From Eledone cirrhosa (taxonomy: Eukaryota): a stretch of 64,000 nucleotides of DNA. The position numbers were made by a program, and so were the translations under genes. This document shows, in pieces, positions 1 to 13,360 of this stretch; the stretch's first letter is position 1; the number at the start of each line of letters is the position of its first letter. Under the pieces are notes generated by a model. It was not told the DNA's origin, ran no database searches, and worked only from the letters and a program-made list of their open reading frames with translations. Where the stretch lies: NCBI GenBank assembly GCA_964016885.1, contig OZ024745.1, forward strand, positions 29,450,001 through 29,514,000. Reading direction: 5' to 3'.

Positions 1-214
1 CCTTTACTACCACCAACCACTTTACAGAGTGTACTTGGCGTATTTTTTGTTGCACCAGCACTAGAAATATTGTTGTCATGAGTGTTTTGGGAAAGGTTTC
101 TACAGCTGAAAGCTATTCCTAAATACATGAGTAATAACTACAGTAGAGGAAAATAATTGTTACTACATATTGCAGTAATTTACAAGGCTAGTAATCTACA
201 TGGCCAGTAATTTA

Positions 215-395
215 TGGGGAAGGGGGAAGTTGATTAGATCAACTCCAGTACTTAGCTGGTACTTTATTTCATCGACCATGAAACGATGAAAAGCAAAGTT
301 CACCTTAGTGGGATTTGAACTCAGAACATAAAGGGCCATGACTAAATGCCATAAAGCATTTTGTCCAAAGCTCTACCAATACTGCCAATCTACTG
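215..395 (-). mobile_element. tRNA-derived SINE family A, degenerate
   Basis: Reverse complement of the family A motif GAGTTCAAATCC...AACTTTGCCTTTCATC...GTCGATAAAATAAAGTACCAG that recurs through the window. Confidence 0.65.
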
Positions 396-669
396 CCCTG
401 ACAGGAGAAAAAATAATAAAAACAAAACCACTTTACACTCTTACCTAACCTCGAAATATAAAGCAAAAATGTAAAATCTTGTTTTGTTTTTCTTTCAAAT
501 AAATATAGAGTCTCACTGTGGGTACTTTAAGCTGTGATCATGTCACAGCAACCTCATCATCAGGTTAAGGGTGAAAAAATCATAGTGAGACTTTTGTATG
601 GTAAATATACATAAAAATATCATATATGTTTTCATATACACTCCTATGATGACCCCATTATATTTGTAC

Positions 670-787
670 GGTCTGAGTTCAAATCCCGCTGAGGTTCACT
701 TTGCCTTTCATCCTTACAGGGTTGATAAAATAAAGTACCAGTAATACACTGGGATAATTGCTGGCATTGTGCCAAAAAGTAGAAACA
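670..787 (+). mobile_element. 5'-truncated SINE family A with 13-bp target-site duplication
   Basis: B-box GAGTTCAAATCC plus family body. It is flanked by attatatttgtac at 657-669 and 788-800. Confidence 0.8.
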
Positions 788-864
788 ATTATATTTGTAC
801 TACATGCAAATAATCCAACCAATGCAACATATGTATTAACCATATAGGCTTTAGCCTATTTTTG

Positions 865-939
865 TCTCAGTAGTGAGTGTCACTGATGATGGATAACAAT
901 CCAGAAACAGCTGTCTGGCATTCTCGCCACTACCGAGAT
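865..939 (+). ncRNA. Type I minimal hammerhead ribozyme
   Basis: Stem I agtgtca/tggcatt, CTGATGA 883-889, stem II tgga-taacaa-tcca, GAAA 904-907, palindromic stem III cagctg, GUC site at 915. Outer helix tctcagtagtg/cactaccgaga. Confidence 0.85.
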
Positions 940-1464
940 AACTGTGATAAATTTATAGTGAGACTATGGTATGTTTATTATACATAAACATATTGTATGT
1001 GTTTTCATATACACTCCTACAGCACAATTTTGAATAAAGACAAATGAGAATCTATATAAAATACTATTATATATAATATATATATATTTAGTGGTTATGA
1101 TTGTTTTAATTATGGTTAGTAGGGATGTGTTTGTCTATTAATGCATGGAAGTTTCTGCCGATATTGGTTTTAACATTCAACAAGAAGTGTGACTTGAAAC
1201 AGGCAGTATTGAAGCTTCTATTTCTCTTCAACAGCATTGGTTAAGGGTTGTTAATTTTCTCTTTAAGTCTGTTTTTCTCAAGGGCATCTTTGTAAAGTAA
1301 GGAGCTGCTTTGTTAAGGATATCTAGCTAGAGGAGAGTTTGGAAAATCTGCTACTTATGTTTTTGACTAAATTTCTGAACACTATTAAAAGGTGGCAGGA
1401 TCCAGCAACTTTCCTTGTGTTTGTCTTATTTCCTTGTATTATTGGCTCCATTATTGGCTATCAC

Positions 1465-1660
1465 TGGCGGTGATATTGGCAGTATCAGTAGAGGGTCGGA
1501 CGCCATGCTTTGCAGCATAGAGTTACGGCCCTTTATGGTCTGAGTTCAAATCCCGCCGAGGTTAACTTTGCCTTTCATCCTTACGGGGTCGATAAAATAA
1601 AGTACCAGTAATGCACTGGGATAATTGCTGGCCTTGTGCCAAAAGTAGAAATAATTATTG
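1465..1660 (+). mobile_element. tRNA-derived SINE family A, near full length
   Basis: A-box-like TGGCAGTATCAGT, B-box GAGTTCAAATCC, body GCCTTTCATCCTTACGGGGTCGATAAAATAAAGTACCAG and an ATT tail. Confidence 0.8.
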
Positions 1661-1899
1661 GCTATCACTGGCCATCATCTCTGTATAGGCCAAAGTAGAC
1701 ATGGGTAAAAGTCGCCTAGGATGTTCAATATGTATAATACAACCAAATCCCATACATCCACCCCATCAAATGAGTCCATGCTAACATCAAAAGATCTGCT
1801 TGGGTCAGTTTTTTTTACCCATTCAGGACCCCCACTGAAGAGGAATATTCCTCTAACATGAGATGAACTCTATTTGGAAAGTTGATATGAAATTATAAT

Positions 1900-2212
1900 A
1901 GTGGTGGTGATGGTAGTAATGGGGGTGATGATGATAATGGTGCTGTTGGTGTTGATGATACTGAGGATGTTGTTGATGCTGGTGATGATGTTGATACTGG
2001 TGATGATGATGATAATGTTGATTGATAATACTGGTGGGGATGGTGGTAGTGATGATGATGATGATAATGATGTTGGTGGTGTTGATGCTGGTGATGATAG
2101 TGAGGATAATGATGAAGGTGGTGGTGGGGGTGATGATGATTTTGATGACGATGACAATGGTGTTCATGATGATATTGATGATGATGATGATGATGATGAT
2201 AACAATAATAAG
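1900..2212. repeat. Degenerate (GAT/GGT)n microsatellite
   Basis: Read directly; it explains the poly-His/Asp/Met ORFs here. Confidence 0.95.
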
Positions 2213-2683
2213 ACAATAATGCAATTTTACAAGTATGGAAGACAGTAAGAGATACAATACTAGAAAGAAATACATTGAAAATCAAATCACAACTTGTTAA
2301 TTGATTAATTAAATAAATAAATTTCCCCAAATTTCCAGAAGTTGAGAATCTGTGTGAAGCAATGTTTCTGTAAAGTGTGAGACGATAGCGTTGATGTCAT
2401 CTTGTAATTCTATTAAATCTTCACGGTGTGATAAGTCACTTAGTATGACAGTCCAACAGTTCTTATACTTAGTAACTACTACTGCACTCATGTGGAATTA
2501 ATTTAATGAAACAGATGAACTAGATATAGCGTTACTAGTTTCAGAATTGCTGATAGTTGTCTTGTAATAGTATACTAGTGGTGAAGTGGCACAGTTATTA
2601 CAAAGTCTTTGAGATGTTCTGGCTCTCTCCATCCTGGGTTCAAAACTCACTGAGGTTAACTTTACCTTTCATTTTTCTCAAGG

Positions 2684-2875
2684 TTCTTCTTCCTCTTCGC
2701 CCACTTATTCCTGAGAGGGTCATGTGGGGAGAGTCCTCAAACACTCCTTCCAGCGGATCCTGTCAGAAGCAACCGTCTCCAACTGATCTGGTTAGATACC
2801 CAAGTGTGACCAGCCAAGCTCATGGATGTTATCCAACCATCTTGCTCGGGGTCTACTCCTGGGTCTCTTGCAGGT
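2684..2875 (-). mobile_element. 3' end of a non-LTR retrotransposon with (GAA)n tail
   Basis: Inverted homologue of 6190-6390. A further degenerate piece lies at 2980-3085. Confidence 0.65.
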
Positions 2876-3446
2876 TGGTTTTAGAACATCAATCAGAACA
2901 CTTTGTCATGTTTTGGCTCTCTAAATCTTGGTTTCAAATCTCACCAAGGTAACTTCGCTTTTTCATCTTTTCAAGTGTTCTTGAGAGGATCATGGGGGAA
3001 GAGACCTCTGACATGACTTCCAGATGGTCCTAGCAGAAGTAACCATTTCCAATTGATCCAGCTGGATATCCAAATAAGACCAATTGGCAGGGCTGTTCTG
3101 CTAGAGAATGGGAATGGGTCACAGGTGATGGGTAGAGATACTGCCACCAGATATGATTGTTAGCTGTAATATAAGTGGACTCCTGCTGGATGAATAAGCA
3201 GCCCTGGATCTTTTCAAGGGTTGATTCTTCCTCTCTTTCACTATTCTTCACTTTTCCTTTATTAGAAAGTCAGATAGAGTTCTTTGCAGTATTTGTTCCA
3301 GCTTTCTATGCTCTGAGTTCAAATTTCACCAAGGTCAACTTTGTCTTTCATCTTTGATGGTGAATAAAACAGGTTGTGCTGAAGAGGGCATATCCAACCT
3401 AGGCAAGCATGGAAAAGTGGATATAAAGTGATGATGATGACAGTGG

Positions 3447-3483
<37 letters not shown>

Positions 3484-4149
3484 AATAATGATAAATACTT
3501 TTAAAAAAGTAGTTTTATACTGTAGAAACGGATACTTTCCAGCGGTTTCATATCAAAAGGGTTAACCAGTAGGAACCACCTATTTCAGAATTCTTATCCC
3601 ATCCCCAACCCCCACCTCCAGCTTCAGCAATTCAATAATTTTCTTAACCTCACTATCTCACTGTTCGCTCTGTCACATAAAATTCCCTCTATCTCAAAAT
3701 ATGGTGAGATTGCAATAAAAACCTGCGGCAGATGTAAGAGTGTCTTGTATGATAATCTGCAGCAACAAGGTGGAATCTCTCCACCATATTCTCAGTATCT
3801 CTCAGATTATTGATTTTTATTGTAGCACTGTCTTGGAGAGAAAAAAATTATAATGTAATATAATTTCTCTTTCTCCTTCGCTCTCACTCCCTCTCAGTTT
3901 CTCTCACTCTCTCTCTTACTCTCTTCATCTAAATTCTGTGAGATATGAATTTCCTAGTTTTATTTCATTCAATTTCACTGTTTTTCATGTCATTTTATTT
4001 CACTGGCTTTTACATACATCCCTTCCATATACATATATATATATATGTATATATATACACACACATACAGATGGACATATGTCTGTATGAATGTATGTAT
4101 ATATGTATATATGTATAGATGTATATATGTATGTATGTATGTATAGATG

Positions 4150-4183
<34 letters not shown>

Positions 4184-4274
4184 TGTATGTATGTATGTAT
4201 GTATGTATATATGTATGTATGTATGGAAAACCAGTGAGGAAAAATAATACAGGGGAATTTGATACAGACCAATG

Positions 4275-4342
4275 TTAGTTTAACACTTGATATAGTAGGA
4301 AAAGAGTCTTAACATTTCAGACATTAGTCCTACGTCAGAAGA
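4275..4342 (-). ncRNA. Degenerate minimal hammerhead, same family as 22476-22543
   Basis: Minus strand reads tctt-CTGACGT-a-ggac-taat-gtct-GAAA-tg-TT-aaga. Core position 9 is mutated. Confidence 0.5.
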
Positions 4343-4509
4343 TAGTATGAGAGATAGAAGAAAGGGATAGAAGGATAGATGAGATTAAGCAAAGGAAGAA
4401 TGGAAAATATATTTTACAAGAGGAAAGGATGTGTGTCTTTAGTTAGCAATTTTGGATAAACCATATAAAAATTGCGGATCTACTACAAGCTGTTAAACTA
4501 GTTCCTATC

Positions 4510-4745
4510 ATGTGCATCATCAAAGTCCTGAAGCTTTTTGGTCACTTAAAACGTACAGAAAAAGGTTTTTCTAAAACATGTATGGAGAGTGTGATTCAGT
4601 GTAAAAGAAATAGGGGTAGGCCAGCGAGGTGCTGGTGAGACAATGTCTATAAATGGGTTGGTCTAAATTTATATGAACTAAATGAATCCAAGCAAAATAG
4701 GAAATTTTGGAAGGAACTATGTGCAATCTGTCACAGGCAGAGACA
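4510..4745 (+). mobile_element. Decayed RTE-type LINE C-terminal fragment
   Basis: Translates to LKLFGHLKR...KRNRGRPARCW*DNV, typical of RTE C-termini. Confidence 0.6.
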
Positions 4746-4782
4746 GGAAGTATATGATAAAGTTATATATATATGTATATAG

Positions 4783-4932
4783 AAAGAAATTGTACAAAAT
4801 AAAAACCTTTGCAGAAACAAGGAAATACATCTATTTGGCATGTTTACTTCTATTCTGTAGAATAGAAGTAAACATGCCAAATATATGTATTTCCTTGTTT
4901 CTGAAAAGGTTTTTATTTTGTACAATTTCTTT
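4783..4932. repeat. 150-bp near-perfect palindrome
   Basis: Symmetric about 4857/4858 with few mismatches and almost no spacer. Confidence 0.9.
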
Positions 4933-5219
4933 ATGAAAGGGCTATTTAAATGGTACTAATTCTTAAAATCCTCTTCTATTTGAGGAACCAATTTTCACTT
5001 TTTGTCCATCATTGTAGTGATATGAGTTCTGTGTTCTCATAGTCTTGTCTTTCTTTAGAGTTTTGATAAGTTTTGTAAAATTCGTCTCTTAGCTTAGCTT
5101 TTCTAGTGCCTTCCTCTTCCATTTAGTGGTCAATATCATTGTATTTTTGTTCATTCAAAATAGTTCTATCCCATTTGTAGCTGCTTTATTTTATGACAGG
5201 AAAGCCTTGATATGATATG

Positions 5220-6030
5220 CTCACAGAATTCAAAAATCTGATTAATAATCTAAACAGCAATATTGAATTCACAATGGATTTTTATCACAAGAAACTTCCC
5301 TATGGAAAGAAACAGACATTTTCTATAAACCTAGAAACTTCTAACAACACTTATTCACACTGAGTCATACTAAACATATTAAATTGAACATTCCTTTTAA
5401 CCCAGCTAAAAGAATATGCACAATAGCATTGGACCCAATTAAACAGGATCAAAGACTGGATGAACTGAAAAATATACTTATCCAAAGGCCTTTCCATGGA
5501 ATTGAAAAGGAGAAACATGTAGATACTCAGGAGCTAAGGAAAACAAAACCAGGGAAAGTGTTTTACCGTACATGTCAACTTTTAACCCCAGAAACGTTGA
5601 AATATTATCATCCCCATTAAAACTTTCCTATTCTGTATGAAGATCAAAAAATGAAAAAATTCTTGAAAAATGAAAAAGCAAATTGAAAGACCTGAGTTCA
5701 AATTTAAGGATGGACAAACCTTCAGAATAAAAAAAAAATTCAACTGCAAATTTTAAAATTTTTATGTGATTATAAACTGTGGATATCTGCAAAATGACAT
5801 AGAACAGATGGGAGTGCCATTACACAAAAGATAGAGACCATACGCTACTCACAAATCTGTGATGAAAACACCAGAAAAAACCCCTTAGGTAATCACATTG
5901 TAATATATGCGAGAATGAACTTACCCAACTTTAAAATATTCCCCCTTCTACAAATGTTCAGATTCATTTACAGAACAACAGAGAATAAATAAAGAAAAAC
6001 AATTTATTAACAAATACAAGTGGCCAAAAT
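5220..6030 (+). mobile_element. Highly decayed Penelope-like element (RT C-terminus to endonuclease region)
   Basis: Fragments NIEFTMD, TDIFYKP, NIPFNPAKRICTI and QRINKEKQFINKY resemble PLE ORF motifs; many frameshifts. Confidence 0.6.
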
Positions 6031-6189
6031 GGGATTCCTCTGAAGGGTTTTGGAGTAATGTTACTCGATAAAGTGTGTAATTCGGAAATTTGAGAGTCAC
6101 TCCAGATAGAGCTGCTACTTCTCCGAATTGAGAGATCACTGCTCTTATACTATGTGTATGTGGTTAGAGTAGCACAGGAAAGAATCACT

Positions 6190-6390
6190 GGACAAGAGAT
6201 CGGCAAGAGACCCAGGTGTAGACCCCGAGCAAGATGGTTGGATAACATCCATGAGCTTGGCTGGTCAGGCTTGGGGATCCAGCTGGATTAGTTGGAGATG
6301 GTTGCTTCTGACAGGACCTGCTGGAAGGAGTATTTGAGGACTCTGCCCCATGACCCTCTCAGGAATAGGTGGGCGAAGAAGAAGAGAAGA
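6190..6390 (+). mobile_element. 3' end of a non-LTR retrotransposon with (GAA)n tail
   Basis: Translates GKRPRCRPRARWLDNIHEL...DRTCWKE, followed by gaagaagaag. Confidence 0.7.
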
Positions 6391-6411
6391 ACAAATATAA
6401 ACCACACTTAA

Positions 6412-6635
6412 CCCTTTAGCATTTACATTACTCTTTATATACTATTGTATTTTTGTGGTAAAGGCTCTATCTTATATAATTATTTCACAGAATATTGGAT
6501 CAACGTGATTTAGATGTTATTTATTTTGAGAACAATGTTTTAACATAAGTCTAAGCAACCAGTTATGGCCTGTTTCAACAGAAATAAGTGAAAGAATTAT
6601 GGCCGGATGCAGCAGCTGGTTCAAATGCTAAAGGG
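6412..6635. mobile_element. piggyBac-type MITE
   Basis: 13-bp TIR ccctttagcattt/aaatgctaaaggg with TTAA on both sides (6408-6411, 6636-6639). Confidence 0.8.
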
Positions 6636-7156
6636 TTAAACATGTAATTGTTACCTATTAGACATTCAATAATGATCTATAGATGTGAACAGCAAAATTA
6701 CACACATCTGTAAGCAAAACTCTGTATGTAGAAGCACCCCCTCCCACACAGACCACTGGCCACTACACTGCTATTTGTAACTTATTTGAACAGAAAACAA
6801 GTTCTATTTGAATTAATTGAATTTTGTATTAAATCAATTGAATCCTGATCTGTTGAACTGTGCTTCCAACCTCGTTACTTCAATTACATAAAAATATATG
6901 TGATGATGATGATGATAAGAAGAAACTTTTATAGAAAATACCTGTTTAATAGCTCTCAAAATATGAGAAGAGAATTTTAAATGTAAATTAATTAGAATTT
7001 GATACGCTTGTCATATCCAATCAAAACTAATAAAAAATATTTGATAAAACTACAATTTATTTGAAGTAACAAATATAGAAATGTCTATTTAGTTGGATTA
7101 AAGAAAAAGAGTTTCTTTAAATACATTTCTGTGCACTTTTACTTTTTACCTATATA

Positions 7157-7354
7157 CGAGTGTGGGCTGAAAAGTTCATAGGCTGACTATGAAGGAGGTA
7201 TGCTAGAGCTGTGAAATCTTGCTTGCATTAATTTCAACTCTTCTTATTTATAACTGCCTTGTTTCTTTCCAGAGACTATGTTGAAAATTAAACCACATTT
7301 GGTAATTCCATGAGAGTATCTTGGTCAGCCTAGGAACTTTTCAGCCTACTCTCT
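7157..7354. mobile_element. mariner-type MITE
   Basis: About 30-bp imperfect TIR cgagtgtgggctgaaaagttcataggctgac with TA flanks. Same family as 53680-53892 and 62807-63003. Confidence 0.8.
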
Positions 7355-7577
7355 TATATGTAGAGTACATAAAGTACTCCCTTGATTTGTGGTCGCTTTG
7401 GTCTCAGCACTGCAGACTATATATATATATATATTACTAGTTTCAGTAATTAGATTGTGGCCATGCTGGAGCACCACATTGATTTAATTAGTTATATTGA
7501 CCTTAGCACTTATTTTTTTCAAGTTTGGGGCTCATTTTGTCAGACTGTTAAGTTATGGGACATAAACACAGATACAG

Positions 7578-10426
7578 ATTCATCTTTTTGACTCCTACGT
7601 CAAAAGTATCAACCCTGACTTCATTACAGTCACGGAAACTTGGGCACATCCCTTACTCTGTGATGGGGTTTTCAGCATAACTGGCTACAACCTGTTTCGT
7701 AAAGACCGCATTAATCTTCGTGGTGGTGGTGTAATGGTCTACGTTCGGTCAAATTTGTCGGCAATTCCTTGTGTTGATTTGAACCAATCACAACAGGAAG
7801 TTTTTTTCTGCGATATACGTATGACCATGTCAACACTACTACTTGGAGTCGTTTACCGTCCCCCAAATTACCATCAGGACACTCAACTTTGTGATATCCT
7901 CAGAGCTGCTGCCAGGAAAACAGCCACTTATGTTTTCATTGCAGGAGACTTCAATCAGCCTGAGATTGACTGGGAAACCTTTTGTTGGCCGCCAAGTGCA
8001 AATGACTTCCTTGAGCTAGTGCTGGACTCAAATTGGTCCCAAGTAGTCACCTCCCCAACAAGAGGTGACAACACTTTGGACCTACTCTTCACCACTACTC
8101 CTGAAACGGCCATTAGTGTTACTGCTGAGGAATCTTTAGGTGACTCTGATCATGCTATGATCATTGCCAATCTATCCCTCATGGGCAGTAACAAGAACCA
8201 CAACCATCTCTAAACTGCTCATTTTGACTGGAATAAAGCAGACTGGAACTGTTACTGCACCGAGTTGCAACGGCCAAACTGGCTTGAGTTCTACGACTCT
8301 GGAGATGTCAACACTGTATTCCAGAACATTCTGAGCTCAATATGGACAGCATGTGCAGCATCGGTGCCACATAAGCGGAAAAAACATCCCAAAAGTGCAA
8401 TTTGGGAGACTGCAGCAGTCCGTCTTGCCAGAAAAGAACGTTGCAATGCTGAACGTGAGTACAAACTGCACAAATCAGACATTAATAGGAAGAGGCGAAA
8501 TAGATCGTCCAACCACCTCAAACAGGTGACAAAAAAAGCAGTGCTTCAATTTAAGCAGCGCATAGCAACCAACCCTGACAGTAAGGTGTTCTGGAAGTAT
8601 GTTCACTCAAAGCAGAGGCCTCACTCTCCAGTTGGTCCTCTTCACAATCCCCACACAAGCCAGTTACTGACGACCCCAAGGAATGTGCAGAGCTCATTGC
8701 TGAATGCTATGCTGGCATTTTCACTATTGAAGACCAGAGTGTACCATCTCCACCACCTATGACACCGGATTCTATTACAACCATGGATTTTACACCTGCA
8801 ATGTTTTCAACCATGCCTCGCCTGGTCTTGATGGTGTTATGTACCTGCTTCTTAAACGTGGTGGTACTTCCTTCTGCACCAGTTATCATGCTTCTTCCAA
8901 TTCTGTCTGAACAACGGTGCTACTCCAGAACAGTGGAAAACTGCCAGTGTCATTCCTCTGTTCAAAAAGGGTGACCGCACATCACCTGTGAACTATCGTC
9001 CAGTCAGTCTTACTAGTTGCATTGCCAAACTGATGGAATCCTGTGTCAGAGAAACACTTTGGAACTTCTGGAACTCTCATAGTCTTATCCAGCCCTCGCA
9101 ATTTGGATTTATCCCCAACTCCAGCTGCTGTGATCAACTTATCGAGTTTCTTGAAGACATCACCCGGATCACTGATGGCAGCTCATGGGTGGATGTTGTT
9201 TACCTTGACTTTGCGAAAGCTTTCAATTCTGTGCCACACAAAAGGCTTATGGAAAAACTCCCTGCAATGGGTGTGAAGGATGATCTTTTTAACTGGTTGA
9301 AGTCCTTCATTCTCAGTCGAAGAGAAGTAGTCACGGTTCTGGGACAGCATTCCTCACCATATGAGATGTCATCTGGTGTACCACAGGGATCTGTTCTTGG
9401 CCCCCTTTTGTTTGTGGCATATATTAACGACATAGATGCCAATTTAAAGAATGCCACGGTACTAAAGTACGCAGACGACATCAAGCTGTACCTTGAGATA
9501 CACTATAGATCTTGCTTGCAGTCTGACCTGGACACAATGCAACAGTGGATCTCAGACTGGCAACTCAAGCTAGCTGTGGACAAGTGCACCACCATGCATT
9601 TTGGGAGTAAAAACCCAGCGTCCACATACTTCCTCCACAGCACTAATATCAAGAAGTCTTCTTGTGAACGTGACCTGGGCATTACGGTCAGCAGCGATTT
9701 GCGTTGGACAAAGCACATCTCTAAAATTGTCAAGAGGGCCGAGGGTGTCTTAGCATCACTCAGCAAGACATTTGTCAGCCGCTCTCCAGCTATCTATTTA
9801 AGGTTGTACGTGGCTATGGTACGGCCACACTTAGAATTTGCATCACCAGTCTGGAACCCCTATCTTGCTCAGAACATTGACCGCCTGGAAACTGTTCAGA
9901 GGCGTGCAACCAAGCGAATACCCTCCATCAGGCATCTACCATACTATGAGTGTCCTGCTTCCCTGGGCATGGATACATTGAAGCTCCGACGCCTGGCAAC
10001 TGACTTGGTAAACACCCACAAAATTGTTAACCATCTTGCCAACAACAACCCTGAGTACCTTTTTGATTTCCATGTGTCTAACACACATGGGCATGCCCAC
10101 AAAGTCAGAAAACAGTACAGTTCCCATGACTTTTGGAAACATTTTTCACGCTCAGAGTTGCTGAAGCATGGAACAAACTACCTGCATCAGTTGTTAGCTG
10201 TCGAGACACTGCATCCTTTAAGGCCTCCATGCTTCCCGAGATTCGCCAACACTACACCTAATGTTCCCCCTCCATACACATACACACATGTATATCATGA
10301 CTCATACACTATTCACTTCTCTGACATTTGTGTATTATTCTATGTACTATACATGCACCTTTGACGAGTTGTAGTGCACCTGAGCACTTTACACAATAAT
10401 TTCATTATTATTATTATTATTATTAT
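7578..10426 (+). mobile_element. CR1-type LINE, disrupted ORF2 (APE endonuclease + RT), (ATT)n tail
   Basis: APE motifs VTETW, GVVYRPP, AGDFN, TLDLLF, SDH. RT motifs NYRPVSLTS, YLDFAKAF, GVPQGSVLGP, YADD, VRPHLE. Broken by frameshifts and stops. Confidence 0.92.
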
Positions 10427-10719
10427 AAATGTAGAGACAGACATGGATGGGATGGATACACATGCACACACACATACACACGCACACACACATACACACA
10501 CACATACGATGGGCTTCCACAGTTTCCATCTACTAAATTCCATTCACAAGGCATTAGTAAACATGAAGCTACAGAAGAAAGCACTTTACCAAGCTGGTAC
10601 ACAGTGGCACTGAACCCAGAACGATCCTCATCATCACCATTTAACGTCCATTTTTCAAAGCTAGCATGGGTTCGATGAGTTGTTCAGCTTCATACCCGTC
10701 ATTATTGAAGCTACAGGTT

Positions 10720-11090
10720 ATATACAAATCACCAACAAAAATAACAGACCAGACATAGTCGTATGTGTCTGACGAAATATGGCATACACAGTAATGGCGA
10801 TTAGTTACCCAGCAGATTTCAATATAATGCTAAAGTTTAGGGAAAAGAAGAACATTTTTGTTGAACTAATGAGGAATCTGCAGATCCTCCATCCTGACTA
10901 TACTTTTAGATTTGTATCTGTGATCATTGGGGCTCTTGGCTATGTTACTACATACCTCAGTACAAATCTTGAAGAGTTGGGCTTCACAGAACCAGAAAGA
11001 GCACGGCTAGTTAGGAAGTTGCAAGTACAGTCTATTAATGGAACTGTAAAAATATGTAAAACATTTAAGATATTCAGCATGTAATAACTA
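10720..11090 (+). mobile_element. R4/Dong-like LINE 3' fragment (restriction-like endonuclease)
   Basis: NRPDIVV, then ISYPADFN...EK...VIIGALG, ending in TAATAA. Confidence 0.65.
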
Positions 11091-11784
11091 CATACACACA
11101 TGTATAGACACAGAAACATATGTATGTGTTCATATATAACTTTCAATAACATCCAATACCTGCAATAACATCCATACCTGCACACACATAAACATGTACA
11201 GACACACACAGGCACAAACGTATACACACAGGAACAAACGTATACACACACACACACATACTCAAAGGCATACATATGCATTTACCTAGTTGATGTCTTA
11301 ATTCCAATGAAAGAGTCTTGCTTCTATGTTAGAAACTGGCTTTCTCTCTATTGGTGAAAATTTATAAAATAATAAAACCAGAAGAAAATACATACATATA
11401 TACACATACATACATATACATACACACACATACATATACATACTTATATACTTACATACATGCATGGATACATACATACATACATACATACATACATACA
11501 TACATACATACATACATACATACATACATACATACATACATACAAACACATATTCACACACATACATATGTGCCATTTTTTCCTCCTTATGCTATATGTA
11601 CAATGTGGTTCAATAACTGTTGTTGGTAAAAATGAAATTTGACTTTGAAGTCAAATATAAAAGATGTGAATAAAAATAGAGCAATGAATATAAATAAATA
11701 AATAAATATATGTGTGTGTGTGTGTATAATATATATATATGTATATATAGATTTATAATATACATAAGTGTACATACATAAATA

Positions 11785-11830
<46 letters not shown>

Positions 11831-12443
11831 CAGACTTATGTATATACACTTATGTATATTATAAAATTATATATACGTATATATATTATACACACACATA
11901 TATATTTATAAAGAGAAAGGAGAAGAGAAATGAGAGAGTATGTAACAGAAAAAAATCAGTAAAAAAGAGAACAAAAGCTGATGTAAAAGAATAAGAAAAT
12001 GCTTAAGTATTTATATTTGAAGCTACAAGAAAATAACCTGCAGACGAAAGAGTTCTACTATGACTCCATATCTCAGAAAATTAGGCTCTCTTCAACGAAT
12101 AAAAAGGGAGTAAAATATAGATATTATATTTACATCTGACAGATTTCAAAGAAACTTCTTTTCCTCTAATCAAATCTAATTTTCTGTCCGTTTTTCTTGC
12201 ACAATCTTCTTTAGATGATCCTTAATCAACAATTGATCCTAGTTTCTTATTTAACTAAATATACCAACACTAATACCAACACCCACACCAGTACCAACAC
12301 CAATACCAACACCAATACCAACACCAACACCAACACCAATACCAACACCATCATCAACACCAACATAGTTGGAAACATTTTTTCTTCTTTTAAGCATAGT
12401 CATTCTTTCATCTTCTATGTTGCTTATTCTAATATATATGTGT

Positions 12444-12492
<49 letters not shown>

Positions 12493-13096
12493 TAAATATA
12501 TACATGCACATATGTATATATATATATATGTACATACATATATGTATATATATAAATACATACATGCACATATGTGTATACACACATACATACATATATA
12601 TACATATATGTATATGTACATACATATTATATATATATATTACATATATGTATATATATATATATATATAAATACATATGTATATGTATATATAAATGTA
12701 TATATCCCACCTTTGCAAGCAGGGAAAAAGCGGACGTAAAATGAAATGATGATGATGATGATATATATATATTATATATATATACATATATGTATATGCA
12801 TATGAGTGTATATATATATATATATACATGTATGTAAACCTCCATATATATAGCCCCACCAAAAAAAATGTATGAATAAAATTATTCTTAAAAACTATAA
12901 ATAAAATACATAAAAAAAGTGATGGATGTAAAAAAGTAGAACATGTTAAAATAGTTACTAATCATCTTCGACTATGTTAGCAACAGCCAATCAAATTACT
13001 TCTACTCAAGTCAGTTTGACCAATCAGAGCTGATTAATATAACAGTTCTGAAATAGTGATTACTTCATTGTTATAATAGTTTAATATCGTTTGAAT

Positions 13097-13360
13097 TTGG
13101 GTTTGAGTTTGGTTCGTGTTGGGTTTGGTTTGGGTTTAGTTTGGGTTTGGGTTTGGGTTCAGTTGGGTTTGTGTTGAATTTGGGTTTGGTTTCGGTTTCG
13201 GTTTGATTTGTGTTTGTGTGGAATTTGGTTAGGATTGTGTTTGGTTTGGTTTCGGATTGGTTTGGTTGGGGTTTGGGTTTGGTTTGGGTTTGGGTTTGGT
13301 TTGGGTGTGGTTTGGTTTGAGTTTGGTTTGGTTTTGGTTTTGGTTTTGGTTTTGGTTTGG
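13097..13360. repeat. Degenerate (GGTTT/GGGTTT)n repeat
   Basis: Read directly. Confidence 0.9.

Noticed and set aside
508-591. Minus-strand hammerhead (CTGATGA at 558-564)
   Set aside because: A hairpin follows, but GAAA is absent (TAAA) and stem I does not pair; at most a heavily decayed relic.
1830-1862. CTGAAGA followed by hairpin ggaatattcc
   Set aside because: No GAAA, NUH or stem I partner.
2309-2491. 60-aa non-repetitive ORF
   Set aside because: Short, with no recognisable motif or convincing splice signals.
13097-13360. Interstitial telomeric repeat
   Set aside because: Units are GGTTT/GGGTTT variants rather than TTAGGG.
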